From Eledone cirrhosa (lineage: Eukaryota), in NCBI GenBank assembly GCA_964016885.1, contig CAXHJY010000419.1, positions 1 through 64,000 of the forward strand: DNA of 64,000 bases, in the 5' to 3' direction. Both the position numbers and the translations under genes were made by a program. Every line of letters starts with the position of its first letter. The stretch's first letter is position 1. Below, one piece after another: positions 35,521-49,089 of this stretch. Below the pieces are notes generated by a model, which saw nothing but the letters and a program-made list of their open reading frames with translations, searched no databases and was not told where the DNA came from.

Positions 35521-35636
35521 TACCCACTCTACTACCTCAAGTATTGAGTACTTTGGTGCGTTATGGTCCACCTGGTTCCTTACCACATTTCCTTCGTTAT
35601 ATATATATATATATATATAATATATATATATAATAT

Positions 35637-35685
<49 letters not shown>

Positions 35686-35997
35686 TATATAATATATATA
35701 TCATCATCATCATCATCACCGTTTTACGTCCGTTCTTCCACGCTAGCATGGGTTAGACGGGTTGTCCTGTTGTGGGCAGTGTCTGGTCGGCTGACCATGC
35801 CTTGCTCATACAGGAACTGATCTGGCTTGATTTCTACAGCTGGATGCCCTTCCTAACACCAACCTCATTTACAGTGAGTGCTGGGTGCTTTTTCGTGGCG
35901 CCTACACGTATAATATATATATATATATATTATATATATATTATACATATAATATATATATATAATATATAATATATATATATAATATATATATATA

Positions 35998-36031
<34 letters not shown>

Positions 36032-36187
36032 CCCATTCTAGCGTGGAAGATAGACGTTAAACAATGATGATGATGATATACATATATACACCACAAATAA
36101 AGCTTTGTTAAAGTATGGTGAAGAAACTGAAAGTTCTATATTTTGACAACTATGTAATAGTAATAGTAGTATTAGTAATACACTTAC

Positions 36188-36540
36188 CTCCTTAGTAGAT
36201 AAAATCATATAAATTGAGAGAATGTTAAAATGTATAGAGCAGTGAAGTTGAGGATATGAGAAATGTAATGGTTATTTCAGAGAATGTGAAAGAGAGACTA
36301 GCTAAACACAGTGAGAGTATGTAGGAGGGGGGGGGGGGGGGATATGCTTGAGAGAGACAGAGAGGGTGTGGGTGTGATCTAGAGATAGAGAATAGAGCTG
36401 AATGAGTGAGCAGAGAGGGTGTGTGTGTGTATGAGAGAGAGGGAGTGATTATCTGAACAAGTGTGTGTGCTTGTTTTTCTTTTTTTGTTATTTTTTCTTT
36501 GTTAGTTTTTTTTTCTCTGACTCTCAGTATTTCTCTCTCT
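36188..36540 (-). other. candidate non-coding 5' exon of CYFIP
   Basis: strong donor GAG|GTAAGT at 36187 and CT-rich upstream sequence; coding exon 1 has an acceptor so an upstream exon must exist; extent is a guess. Confidence 0.3.
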
Positions 36541-37184
36541 CTATCTTTCACCCACTGACAATTTCTCTCTCTCTCTTCTCTCTATATCTTGCACACAACA
36601 GACAATTAGTCTAATTAGCCTCTCCTCTAACTACACCTCCTCCTTCAATTCCACCACCACCACCTCCATCACCAAAAAACACTTTAAAATATTTTCTTTT
36701 TCCTACTACATGTCTCTCTCTCTGACACAACAGACATGGCCAACAAGAGGCACACACTTCATCATCAGAATTTTCTATATCTGTGATAGAAGACAAACAA
36801 GACAGGCAAGTCATGAAGAGAGAAAGAAGTTGACATCAGCATCAAAACTTTCATCACAATATCACTTAGCCACCAATACTATGATGAGGGAAGGGGGGAG
36901 TTTTCCAGCCCACAAGAAATACAAAAACAAACCATGAGCACCCCCAACCACCTAACCCAACAACCAGCCATCATTATCATTGTATAAAATTTTAAAATTA
37001 AAACCATGTGATGGTACTTCCAACTTTAGAAGGTAGAAAGAATGAATTCTATAGAACCAAAATATATTCTTTTATTTCTTTTTACAGATTTTAGTCATTA
37101 GACTGCAGTGACCCTGGGGCTCTGCCATGGAGGTATTTAGCTGATTGTATTGACTCTAATACTTATGTATAGATATGACAGTCA

Positions 37185-37335
37185 TATGCACAGTTTCCCA
37201 CCACCAAATTCCATCCACAAGGCTTTGGTCAGACCAAGACTATAGTAAAAAACACTTGGCCAAGATGCCACTCAGTGGAACTGATTCCTAAACCATGCAG
37301 TGGTGAAACTAACTTCTTAACAACACGACCGACCA
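37185..37335 (-). mobile_element. tRNA/CORE-type SINE (family B), diverged
   Basis: minus strand GGCATCTTGGCCAAGTG...GACCAAAGCCTTGTG...GGAAACTGTG; same family as the element hosting the 77-bp array. Confidence 0.65.
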
Positions 37336-38629
37336 TACCTATATATATATATATATATGTAAAAGGTAAACAGAAATAACAGAAATAACAAAAATAACAA
37401 AACGACACACTACATGAAAGAAATATATTAGTTTAACGCTTGAAATAGCAGGAAGAGATTTAACGTTTTGGACACTAGTCCTCCATTAGAAGATAGAGTG
37501 AGAAACAGAAGATAAATAGAAAGTAAAGTGATGAGAGGAAGTAACGAGGAAAATGAGAAAAAAAACATGCTTATTCAGTAGGCCATCTTTATATATATAT
37601 ATACACACATACATAGCAGGGAAAGGGAACATTAAAACGATGATAACGATATATATAAAGATTTGTTGGTGCTTATTATACAGTGTTTCAAAACTGTGAA
37701 GATAGAGGAAAAAAATATATCTTCATGAACATTTAAAATGATTAAAATTGCAGGAGGTATACGAGATTGCATTGCATTGCAACTACATGGTTTTAGGCAT
37801 AGTCCTACTGCACAGCTACTTTGGGCAAGTGCAACTGTTTTCTGTCATAATCCCAGGTTGACCAATGTTACAGTCCAAGACTAAAGAAGTCGGGCGGCGT
37901 CTTGCTCATACGTTCCACCTTTGGCTTGGTTTCTATAGCTGGATGTGCTTCTTAACACTAATCACGTTACAGACTGTTCTAGGTGCATTTTATGATGGTA
38001 CCAGCAATACCACTTGTACAGTGTACAGGGTGCGTTTTATCATGGTACCAGTACTATGACTTTATAGAGTGTACTTAGTGCATTTCATGATGGCACCAAC
38101 ACTACCACTTCACACAGTGTACTGGGTGCATTTTATCATGACACCAGCACTAGCACTTTACAGAATGTACTGGGTGTATTTTATTATGATACCAACACTA
38201 CCACTCAATATAAATGTATACGTGTGTGTATGCCTACATTTACAGTTCAACAAATAGAAATAAATAAAATAAGTACCAAACCTGAAAAGAAAACCCTGCT
38301 ACTAGTGATATGATCGACTAAAACCCTTCAAAAGTGGTGCCCCAGCATGACCACATTCTAATAAGAGAAACCAGTAAAAGAACAGGACAAATTCTCTAAG
38401 CTACCATAAAGCTACTGTTAACTTTAACTTCTTTTTAGCTGTTTCATGTGCACCAAGATCTTTTGGTTGCAAGCTCTAATTAAAGACAGAAAAGCTGTTG
38501 TCTAACGAAATGATTAATGACTTAAATAACGGTCTTTCTTTGACCTTTAATTAATTAACTCTTTTCTTTTTTGCAAATTTCCCTAAACCCACACAATGAA
38601 ATTTGTTAACTAATTAAACTAAAACAAAA

Positions 38630-41600
38630 TCGCAGTCATGGCTGTGTGGTTAAGAGATTTGCTTAGCAACCATGTGGTCTTCAGTTCTATCCCACTGCAT
38701 GACACCTTGGGAAAGTGTCTATCACCACAGCCTCAGACAGACCAAACCATGTGGTCTTCAGTTCAATCCCACTGCATGGCACCTTGGGAAAGTGTATCAC
38801 CACAGCCTCAGACAGACCAAACCATGTGGTCTTCAGTTCTATCTCACTGCATGGCACCTTGGGAAAGTGTCTACCACTACAGCCTTAGACTGACCAAACC
38901 ATGTGGTCTTCAGTTCTATCTCACTGCATGGCACCTTGGGAAAGTGTCTATCACTACAGCCTTAGACTGACCAAACCATGTGGTCTTCAGTTCTATCTCA
39001 CTGCATGGCACCTTGGGAAAGTGTCTACCACTACAGCCTCAGACTGACCAAACCATGTGGTCTTCAGTTCTATCTCACTGCATGGCACCTTGGGAAAGTG
39101 TCTATCACTACAGCCTTAGACTGACCAAACCATGTGGTCTTCAGTTCTATCTCGCTGCATGGCACCTTGGGAAAGTGTCTACCACTACAGCCTCAGACTG
39201 ACCAAACCATGTGGTCTTCAGTTCAATCTCACTGCATGGCCCCTTGGGAAAGTGTCTACCACTACAGCCTCAGACTGACCAAACCATGTGGTCTTCAGTT
39301 CAATCTCACTGCATGGCACCTTGGGAAAGTGTCTACCACTACAGCCTTAGACTGACCAAACCATGTGGTCTTCAGTTCTATCTCACTGCATGGCACCTTG
39401 GGAAAGTGTCTACCACTACAGCCTTAGACTGACCAAACCATGTGGTCTTCAGTTCTATCTCACTGCATGGCACCTTGGGAAAGTGTCTACCACTACAGCC
39501 TCAGACTGACCAAACCATGTGGTCTTCAGTTCTATCTCACTGCATGGCACCTTGGGAAAGTGTCTACCACTACAGCCTCAGACTGACCAAACCATGTGGT
39601 CTTCAGTTCTATCTCACTGCATGGCACCTTGGGAAAGTGTCTACCACTACAGCCTCAGACTGACCAAACCATGTGGTCTTCAGTTCTATCTCACTGCATG
39701 GCACCTTGGGAAAGTGTCTACCACTACAGCCTCAGACTGACCAAACCATGTGGTCTTCAGTTCTATCTCACTGCATGGCACCTTGGGAAAGTGTCTATTA
39801 CCACAGCCTCAGACTGACCAAACCATGTGGTCTTCAGTTCAATCTCACTGCATGGCACCTTGGGAAAGTGTCTATCACCACAGCCTCAGACTGACCAAAC
39901 CATGTGGTCTTCAATTCTATCTCACTGCATGGCACCTTGGGAAAGTGTCTATCACCACAGCCTCAGACTGACCAAACCATGTGGTCTTCAGTTCTATCTC
40001 ACTGCATGGCACCTTGGGAAAGTGTCTATCACCACAGCCTCAGACTGACCAAACCATGTGGTCTTCAGTTCTATCTCACTGCATGGCACCTTGGGAAAGT
40101 GTCTATCACCACAGCCTCAGACTGACCAAACCATGTGGTCTTCAGTTCTATCCCACTGCATGACCCCTTGGGAAAGTGTCTATCACTACAGCCTTAGACT
40201 GACCAAACCATGTGGTCTTCAGTTCTATCTCACTGCATGGCACCTTGGGAAAGTGTCTACCACTACAGCCTTAGACTGACCAAACCATGTGGTCTTCCGT
40301 TCTATCTCACTGCATTGCCCCTTGGGAAAGTGTCTACCACTACAGCCTTAGACTGACCAAACCATGTGGTCTTCAGTTCTATCTCACTGCATGGCACCTT
40401 GGGAAAGTGTCTACCAATACAGCCTTAGACTGACCAAACCATGTGGTCTTCAGTTCTATCCCACTGCATGGCACCTTGGGAAAGTGTCTACCACTACAGC
40501 CTTAGACTGACCAAACCATGTGGTCTTCAGTTCAATCCCACTGCATGGCACCTTGGGAAAGTGTCTACCACTACAGCCTTAGACTGACCAAACCATGTGG
40601 TCTTCAGTTCAATCCCACTGCATGGCACCTTGGGAAAGTGTCTATCACTACAGCCTTAGACTGACCAAACCATGTGGTCTTCAGTTCTATCCCACTGCAT
40701 GGCACCTTGGGAAAGTGTCTACCACTACAGCCTTAGACTGACCAAACCATGTGGTCTTCAGTTCAATCCCACTGCATGGCACCTTGGGAAAGTGTCTATC
40801 ACTACAGCCTTAGACTGACCAAACCATGTGGTCTTCAGTTCAATCCCACTGCATGGCACCTTGGGAAAGTGTCTATCACTACAGCCTTAGACTGACCAAA
40901 CCATGTGGTCTTCAGTTCTATCCCACTGCATGGCACCTTGGGAAAGTGTCTATCACCACAGCCTTAGACTGACCAAACCATGTGGTCTTCAGTTCTATCC
41001 CACTGCATGGCACCTTGGGAAAGTGTCTATCACTACAGCCTTAGACTGACCAAACCATGTGGTCTTCAGTTCTATCTCACTGCATGGCACCTTGGGAAAG
41101 TGTCTACCACTACAGCCTTAGACTGACCAAACCATGTGGTCTTCAGTTCTATCCCACTGCATGGCACCTTGGGAAAGTGTCTATCACCACAGCCTTAGAC
41201 TGACCAAACCATGTGGTCTTCAGTTCTATCCCACTGCATGGCACCTTGGGAAAGTGTCTACCACTACAGCCTTAGACTGACCAAACCATGTGGTCTTCAG
41301 TTCTATCTCACTGCATGGCACCTTGGGAAAGTGTCTATCACTACAGCCTTAGACTGACCAAACCATGTGGTCTTCAGTTCTATCCCACTGCATGGCACCT
41401 TGGGAAAGTGTCTACCACTACAGCCTTAGACTGACCAAACCATGTGGTCTTCAGTTCTATCCCACTGCATGGCACCTTGGGAAAGTGTCTATCACCACAG
41501 CCTTAGACTGACCAAACCATGTGGTCTTCAGTTCTATCCCACTGCATGGCACCTTGGGAAAGTGTCTACCACTACAGCCTTAGACTGACCAAACCATGTG

Positions 41601-41878
41601 GTCTTCAGTTCTATCTCACTGCATGGCACCTTGGGAAAGTGTCTATCACTACAGCCTTAGACTGACCAAACCATGTGGTCTTCAGTTCTATCCCACTGCA
41701 TGGCACCTTGGGAAAGTGTCTATCACCACAGCCTTAGACTGACCAAACCATGTGGTCTTCAGTTCTATCCCACTGCATGGCACCTTGGGAAAGTGTCTAT
41801 CACCACAGCCTTAGACTGACCAATGTCTCGTGAGTGAAACTGACAGACGGAAACTGTATGAAGCTTGTATGTGTATGG
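38630..41878 (+). mobile_element. family-B SINE whose internal 77 bp has expanded into a tandem array
   Basis: unique head CATGGCTGTGTGGTTAAG (38638) and unique tail GTGAGTGAAACTGACAGACGGAAACTG (41830) bracket the array. Confidence 0.8.
38668..41823. repeat. 77-bp tandem repeat, about 41 copies
   Basis: unit AACCATGTGGTCTTCAGTTCTATCTCACTGCATGGCACCTTGGGAAAGTGTCTACCACTACAGCCTTAGACTGACCA. Confidence 0.98.
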
Positions 41879-43365
41879 TAGCTGTTTATATCACCCATAA
41901 ACAATATCCTGGAGTGTAGCCAGGGTTGGATTTAGAAGGGGGAGGAGGGGCCTCATACAAAAAAAAATTAGAATACACAGCACCCACCACAACCACCACC
42001 ACCACCACCACCACAATTTTACATATCAAAGTTAGCTTGGCGCAAACGGAAGAAATCGGGTGTGTTCAGATCTGGAGAAGATGAACTCCACAGGCTTTTT
42101 TTAAATGTCTCAAATGCCTAAGGCACGTAAAATGTCACTACAGCACTCCGATGACTCCATCAGGAGTTATAGGTCCATACATGAATATCAAAAATCACAA
42201 TATAGGGTGGTTGTTGTTACTCATATATGTTTTGTAAGTATGGTAATAGAACAGGGAAATGGAGGAATAGGGTAGTAACAACATTTTTGTTTTATTTAAA
42301 TCAATGAAACATATTCTTTGGTGGATATACTCCAGTTGAAATGAGATATGATGTAATACATGACAGATGGAGAGGATGGGATATAAAAAAATACATACAT
42401 ACACACACACATATTAATGCTTGATATAGTAGGAAAATAGTCTTTGCTTCAAACACTAGTGATTCATCAGAAGATAGAATGTGAATTAAAGATGAAACAG
42501 AAAGATAGAGAAGAAGGGGAAGAGGAAGGAATGGAAATAAATTTGTTAAGAAAAGGCATATATATATATGTACAGGTGCCGACCGTTGAAGAAACAACAT
42601 GAGTTCAGCCGACGACCCCGGTATTAAGAAAAAAAAAATCTTTTTTGAGGAAGTTATTGGATTTCTTTTTAGGAACTTTCAATGTTTTCAAGCTTTTATA
42701 GGTTTTGCCATCTGAAGAGCTCAGGCTATCATAACTGATAGTCCTCAGTAAAATCTAAACTATAATAAAGTAAGGACTGCGGAACTCCGTATGGTTTATT
42801 TCTTTTAAGCCAGTTAGTAAAATAAGTTGGATTACTTTGAATAAATAATTGTTTCTACGTTAGGCACAAGGCCAGCAATTACTCAGTGTATTACTGGTAC
42901 TTTATTACATAATTTATGTCCTAAATTTCAAAAACATAAATAATTTAAAATTGACTTTTCAAATTTTCATTCACATTTCTACACTTCCGGTATATCGTCG
43001 CCACCACCACCACTTCAACTAACATATATATAGAAAGAGAGAGTGTGTGATTGAGGGAGAGAGTGAGAGATAGATTATGATTTTCTACATGCTGACGCGT
43101 ATGAGTGTGCACATACATACATCTATATGTATGAGTATATAGCTATAATCGCGCAAACACAAACTTATAATAATACACGCTCACAGACATTCATGCAAAT
43201 AAACATACAATCACACAAATATACATACATTCACACATACTTTTACACAAACACACACATACAGTCATGATAGCAGCGTTCGGTGAATTGGAAATGGGAG
43301 GGTAAAACAAATACGTTTTATTTATTTATTAACTTTTTTTTAAAGTTCATTTAATATAATGGTTA

Positions 43366-43670
43366 CAGATGAAAGGCAATATTAACCTCGGTGGGATTTG
43401 AACTCAGATCGTAAAGGGCCGTAACTCTATGCTGCAAAGCATGGCATCCGAACCTCTACCGATACTGCCAATCCACCACCATTTTAATAATTGTTTCTAC
43501 TTTTGGCACAAGGCCAGCAATTATCCCAGTGCATTACTGGTACTTTATTTTATCGACCCCGTAAGGATGAAAGGCAAAGTTAACCGTGACAGGATTTGAA
43601 CTCAAACCGTAAAGGGATGTAACTATGCAGGAAAGCATGGCGTCCAACCCTCTACCGATACTGCCAATTC
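43366..43670 (-). mobile_element. two adjacent family-A SINE copies
   Basis: same A/B-box and core as 13582-13759. Confidence 0.8.
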
Positions 43671-43849
43671 AATATAATATATACAAAGGAAAGAGAAAGG
43701 AAAAAAAGAAAGAGAAAAAATACGCAAGCACGTAAGACACACATCTTAGACTACATAGAACAAAATGCAGACGAAAGAGTGGGAAAACGAGCCACTACCA
43801 GAGCAAAAGTTAGCAATATAGCGAGGAGCACTGGGAAATCTTTCTAATA

Positions 43850-44290
43850 ATTTTTGAGGCAGGCCAGCACGTTCGCAGCATTACCCGGGGTGATGGCGAC
43901 GCTGAGGCGCTGGAACAATCAAGTGCCCTCACAAGCATCACCAGTTACCTATGTTTGGCGAGCCGCCAGTGAAGATAAGAATCTTAATGTCAGTAGCCCG
44001 ACTCCCCCAAACGTCTTGAACGCCGCAGGCTGGATAATGTAGTTAGCTGACAGAACACGCGATTTTAGGATTTTGTTCCGTTCAGCTGCGGATGCTGTAG
44101 CTCTCCAGAATATAGCTTTCAGAATGTGGGAAGAAGCAAAAAAGTCACTAACTGTGACGTCCCAGGTAAGGCACCAGCCTCTTGACCAGGAGCACAGAGT
44201 AAGACCATCAAGTTTTTTCCCATCAATTCAGGACAACCCAGATGGTTCCAAAATTGAGGGGATATTTGCCCGGGCCAAAGCTCTTAAGTG
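43850..44290 (-). pseudogene. relic of a CRE-like non-LTR retrotransposon C-terminal restriction-like endonuclease domain
   Basis: ALARANIPSILEPSGLS*IDGKKLDGLTL..W..G..LTWDVTV ... LFQRLSVAITPGNAANV, with in-frame stops. Confidence 0.7.
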
Positions 44291-45319
44291 GTAATAGGAC
44301 AGTGTGTGTATGTGCGCGCGCATGAGTATGAACATTTTATAAAGGGCAGTTTTTTTAATCATAAAACTAGGGTGGTTTGGGACAGACTGGTAGCAAAAGG
44401 GTTAAAAAAGAAGTGAAAGTTGGCATTAGGAAGGGTATCTGGTTGTAGAATTCTGCCTCAAAAGATTGCATTAAATCCAGCCAGTGTGGAAAAACCACGA
44501 TGTAAAACTGATGACAATGATGTTGGTCTATTTGAATCAATTCATTAACATGTTTTCTGTAACATAACATTAGCAGTGTTGAAGAAGCCACTTAAGACAT
44601 AATAAGTGCAAACATTTCCTCATTTAGTGCCATTATTGTTGTATTTCTCTCATATTTCAACTTGTCATTTGCTCGTTGGCACATCCTCCTTGTAAATAGC
44701 AAAATGCCTGATAAACTTTTCTTGCTCCTCTGTTAATACTCTACCATAATCTAGTCCATTCAATGAGGAAGAAGAGTCATGTATGAGTGGAATAGGATAG
44801 TTGTCTGGAACAGTGTGAGAATTTCCCTAAGAAACTATGTGGGGAGAATGTCAATCATTTACTGCCTCCATCTCTAATCATCCAAGCTAAAGTGTTTTCT
44901 TATTTCAAATTGATATATCCATATTTCTAATGAAACACACTGTCTATAGTTTTCAAATAATTTCGAAAATAATCAAGAATTTGTAGGAATTAAGTAACAT
45001 AACTAACTTTCTGAGTTTGGTGGGTCTCGCTTGGGGATCCAGCCGGATCAGTTGGAAACATTTGCTTCTGACAGGATCCACTGGAAGGAGTGTTTGAAGA
45101 ATCTTCCCCCACAGTCCTCTCAGAAATAAGTGGGTGAAGAAGAACTAACTTTCTCATTATCTATCTGATGTCTGAAATATTACTTATCAAATTATGATTT
45201 AAATTTAGCTATTGTCAATTTTTAAACTTTTCGTTATTATATTCCTAATGACATACACTGCAATGGATTAACTAATGAAGAATTTGGACAGATTTACTAA
45301 TATTATTATTTATTTCATT

Positions 45320-45504
45320 GGCGGGGATTGGCAGTATTGGTAGAGGGTCGGATGCCATACTTTGACGCATAGAGTTACGGCCCTTGCCATTCTGAGTTCA
45401 AAACCTGTCAAGGTTAACTTTGCCTTTCATCCTTACGGGGTCGATAAAATAAAGTACCAGTAATACACTGGGTAATTGCTGGCCTTGTGCCAAAAGTAGA
45501 AACA
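45320..45504 (+). mobile_element. family-A SINE, full length with TSD
   Basis: GGCGGGGATTGGCAG start; direct repeat ATTATTATTTATTTCATT at 45302 and 45505. Confidence 0.88.
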
Positions 45505-45944
45505 ATTATTATTTATTTCATTAAGATATTTGTAACTTAACAAAAGGTCCTTTATCAAATTATGTTGGAAATCTTAATTTAAATAGGAATCCTTTAAAAT
45601 GAGAGGATTTGTTTCACAGAAGCAGGGGCGGTTTTGGAGAGGTCGGTATCAAAAGGGTAGGATATGAGGGAGAATTTGCTGCTATTTCTAGCTAATTATG
45701 CAACCAAGTAGAAACTTTCCTTCCTTTCAAATTATGATTGTGTTCAATCTCTCAGACAGATACTGTATTGTTATACTATTTTACTCAGAGCATTTTCTTC
45801 TTTTTTTACTGCTTAGGCATGGAGAAAAAGCTTTTCCTCCATGCCTAAGCATGTGACTGCTTGGGGGAAGAGAAGAAAGTAACCTCAATTTGAAGACCTG
45901 GCAGGAACTTACCCTCAAACTGGAGACCCAATCCAAAATGCTTG

Positions 45945-46270
45945 CAACAAAGAGGACTCTGTTAAATGCAACCAAGGACCAGGAGATGGTGTTAAACTGG
46001 GTAACATTTTAAGTCTATTTCCCACTGGCTTCACTATTAGTCCTGGTGAGGGTGGCATGTTTGTGTTGAGTATCATTCAACTATAAACACAAAGACTTCT
46101 TGCAACAGAGTGGAATCTGCTAAATGCAACCACGGACCAGGTGATCGTGTTAAACTGAGCAATGGATTAAGTCTATAACACATTTGTCTTACTATTAGTC
46201 TTGGTTGGAGGGTGAGGGGGTCTGTGTTGAGTATTATTCAACTATAGACACAAATACCTCTTTTATAGAG
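45945..46270. repeat. diverged tandem duplication of about 160 bp
   Basis: TAAATGCAACCA.GGACCAGG...GTGTTGAGTAT.ATTCAACTATA present twice. Confidence 0.7.
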
Positions 46271-46489
46271 ATGTACTCAGTCAAAGAACCAAATTATTAA
46301 AAAATACAAGAGTACTGCTGCTTATGTTATTTTCAAATTGTCTGCATATCATTGTCCACAAATGATCTTTAGCGACCTAATTCTCTCTTTATTAGCTCAA
46401 CAAGTAAAATTCATGGTATTAATTTATTTTTCCTCATCACTACATTCTCAACACACAAATTATCCCTCCCTCCGCTTTCTCTCTTGTGC

Positions 46490-47638
46490 TGTCAGTAAAG
46501 TGAGAATAGGAATGTAGTTTAGTGAGGAATTCCAGATACAAGTAGGTGTACATCAGGGTTCGGTCCTCAGCCCACTCTTGTTCATTATAGTCCTCCAAGT
46601 CATAACAGATGAGTTTAAGATTGGCTGCCCATGGGAAGTTCTCTATGCTGATGATCTGGTTCTTATAGCAGAATCAGTAGAGGAGCTAGAGAATAAATTC
46701 TGGCTATGGAAACAGCAGTTGGAATCAAGAGGCCTGAGAGTGAACAGAGCTAGAACAAAAGTGTTGATAAGTAGAAGAGAGGACAATACTCTAATTCCAT
46801 CGGGGAAATGGCCATGTTCGATATGTAGGAAAGGAGCTGGCATAAATTCCATAAAATGTACACAATGCAGATCTTGGGTACACAAGAGATGTAGTGGGAT
46901 AGCAGGCAAACTAACAGGTAGGGAAAACTACGTATGCAGTAGATGTACAGGGAAAATTGGCAGTAGTAATTGCAGTGATAGACACATTTTTCCATTGCGG
47001 GTGGGTTCTATAGAAGTGGTTGATAGCTTCCAGTTCCTAGGTGATCAGATTAGCATGGGAGGGGGCGGGGTGTGTTCCAAGGCCATAGTATCTAGAATAA
47101 GGACGGGTTGGAAGAAGTTTAGGGAGCTGCTTCCTCTGTTGACAAAGAAAGGTTTCTTCCTGCATACGAAAGAACGGTTATATGATGCCTGTGTGAGATG
47201 TGCGATGCTGCATGGTAATGAGACATGGGCAGCAACTGCAGAAGATATGCGACGGCAGGGAGAAATGAAGCCAGTATGCTCCGTTGGATGTGCTATGTCA
47301 ATGTGCATGAACGACCAAGCATAGATGAGTTGAGAAAGAAACTGGGTATAAGAGGGATAAGTTGTGGTGTGCAGGAGAGAAGGCTGAGATGGTATGGACA
47401 TGTGATGCGCATGGAGGATTACCGCTGAGTAAAGAAGTGCCAAGAAATCTCAGTAGAAGGAAGACGCAGTAGAGGTAGACCACGAAAAACATGGGCGGTG
47501 GTGGTGAGAGCAGACATCAGATCGCTGAATCTCACCGAGGAGATGACAAAGGACCGTGATAAGTGGAGAGATGCTGTGCTGAATAGGACCCGTCCAACCC
47601 TTACAAGCAGGGAAAAGCAGGCGTAAAATGATGATGAT
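46490..47638 (+). mobile_element. second 5'-truncated RTE LINE (related subfamily), disrupted
   Basis: GVHQGSVLSPLLF, LYADD, Cys/His finger, RLRWYGHV; frameshift near 47257, stop at 47426; ends in (GAT)n. Confidence 0.9.
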
Positions 47639-48013
47639 ATATATATGGGGGGGGGGGGAGAACATATCATAAATACTGCATAGTCTTCAGTTCTATCTCA
47701 ATACACAGCACTTTGGACAAGTTTTTTCTATGTGTGAGGTGAAGAAATTTGGTAGACAAACTGAAAGGAAGCCCACCATCTACATACACTGTGAGGCAAT
47801 GGTGCTGGTGCTACAACAAATAGTACCCAGTTCATCCAGTAGCATGATAAAATACACCCAGTACCTGCTGTATATTGATTGTCATTAGGAAGGGAGTCAG
47901 CTGTAGAAACTAAGCCAAAAACTGAGTGTTGATTAAGATGTGGTCATCTTCAAGTCTAACCTCAGGACATGACAGCCCTTCTAATTCATGTAAGCAAAGA
48001 AAATGGACATTAA

Positions 48014-48221
48014 CTCTTTAGCATTTAAACTGGCCATATCCGGCCAGAATTTTCTCACCTCTTTCTGTCCAGACTGGCCGTAACAGGTTAATCATACCAA
48101 CGTTAAGGTATTGTTCTCAAAATAAATAATATCAAATCTCATAAATTCGATATTATGTGAGAGTAAAGCCTTTACATTGAAAATACAATAGTAAATATAA
48201 AGTTATGTAAATGCTAAAGGG
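48014..48221. mobile_element. piggyBac-like MITE
   Basis: TTAA on both sides; TIR C(T)CTTTAGCATTTA / TAAATGCTAAAGGG. Confidence 0.78.
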
Positions 48222-48880
48222 TTAAACAGTGATAATGATGATATATGTGTGAGAGGGATTTTTGTTTATATTCCACATAAACAGAGGCAAAGCTGTTTAG
48301 AGGTTCGTTGTACAAAGATCTATACCTTACTTTAAAATTAAAATAAACAATTGTCTCAAAAAATGTTTCATTCAACCCATGCCAGCATGGGAAAAATATA
48401 CATAAAATGATGAAGATGATAATGAAACACACACAATTGGAAAACAATGGTTTAGTTTTACAGACATGATTGAAAATAACAATTCCTGGAATTTGTGTAG
48501 GAAACTAACAATTGTCCACAGTTAATACATCTTGTCCTGTTTGATAGTACTGTATGCTTAACTATGTGTGTACACACACATATTTGAGAGAGAGAGAGAA
48601 TCGGAATTTACATATATATATGTGTTTATGTTCACATGCACCTACTGCATTGTTTGGCAGTATATTTTAAATACAGATAGATATTTTCAATAAATAGGTT
48701 TACTCTCAGCATGTGCCTATAGCCTAGGGGAATATACTTAAGAGAAAGCACTTTTATGAGATCAAACAGCCTGAAAGCGCCCTTCAATCTATGACACAGA
48801 ACTATTTGTTTTAAAGTGATTAAATTTATCTAAACAAATAGTTTAACATTTTTTAAAGTTATGGTCCAGAGACCAGCTTA

Positions 48881-49069
48881 ATAATTGTTTCTACTTTTGG
48901 CACAAGGCCAGCAATTATCCCAGTGCATTACTGGTACTTTATTTTATCGACCCCGTAAGGATGAAAGGCAAAGTTAACCTTGGCAGGATTTGAACTCAGA
49001 TCAGGAAGGGGCGTAACTCTGTATTGCAAAGCATGGCGTCCGACCCTCTACCGATACTGCCAAACCACC
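48881..49069 (-). mobile_element. family-A SINE
   Basis: full A-box/B-box/core match. Confidence 0.85.
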
Positions 49070-49089
49070 AAATGGTTTCTGATTTAGAC

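Noticed and set aside
38638-40279. Series of 73-aa ORFs; CRISPR-like regularity
   Set aside because: Products of the 77-bp repeat. There are no unique spacers or cas genes, and the context is eukaryotic.
42980-42992. ETS-like CCGGAAGT motif as the CYFIP promoter
   Set aside because: A single short motif with no supporting exon or other evidence.
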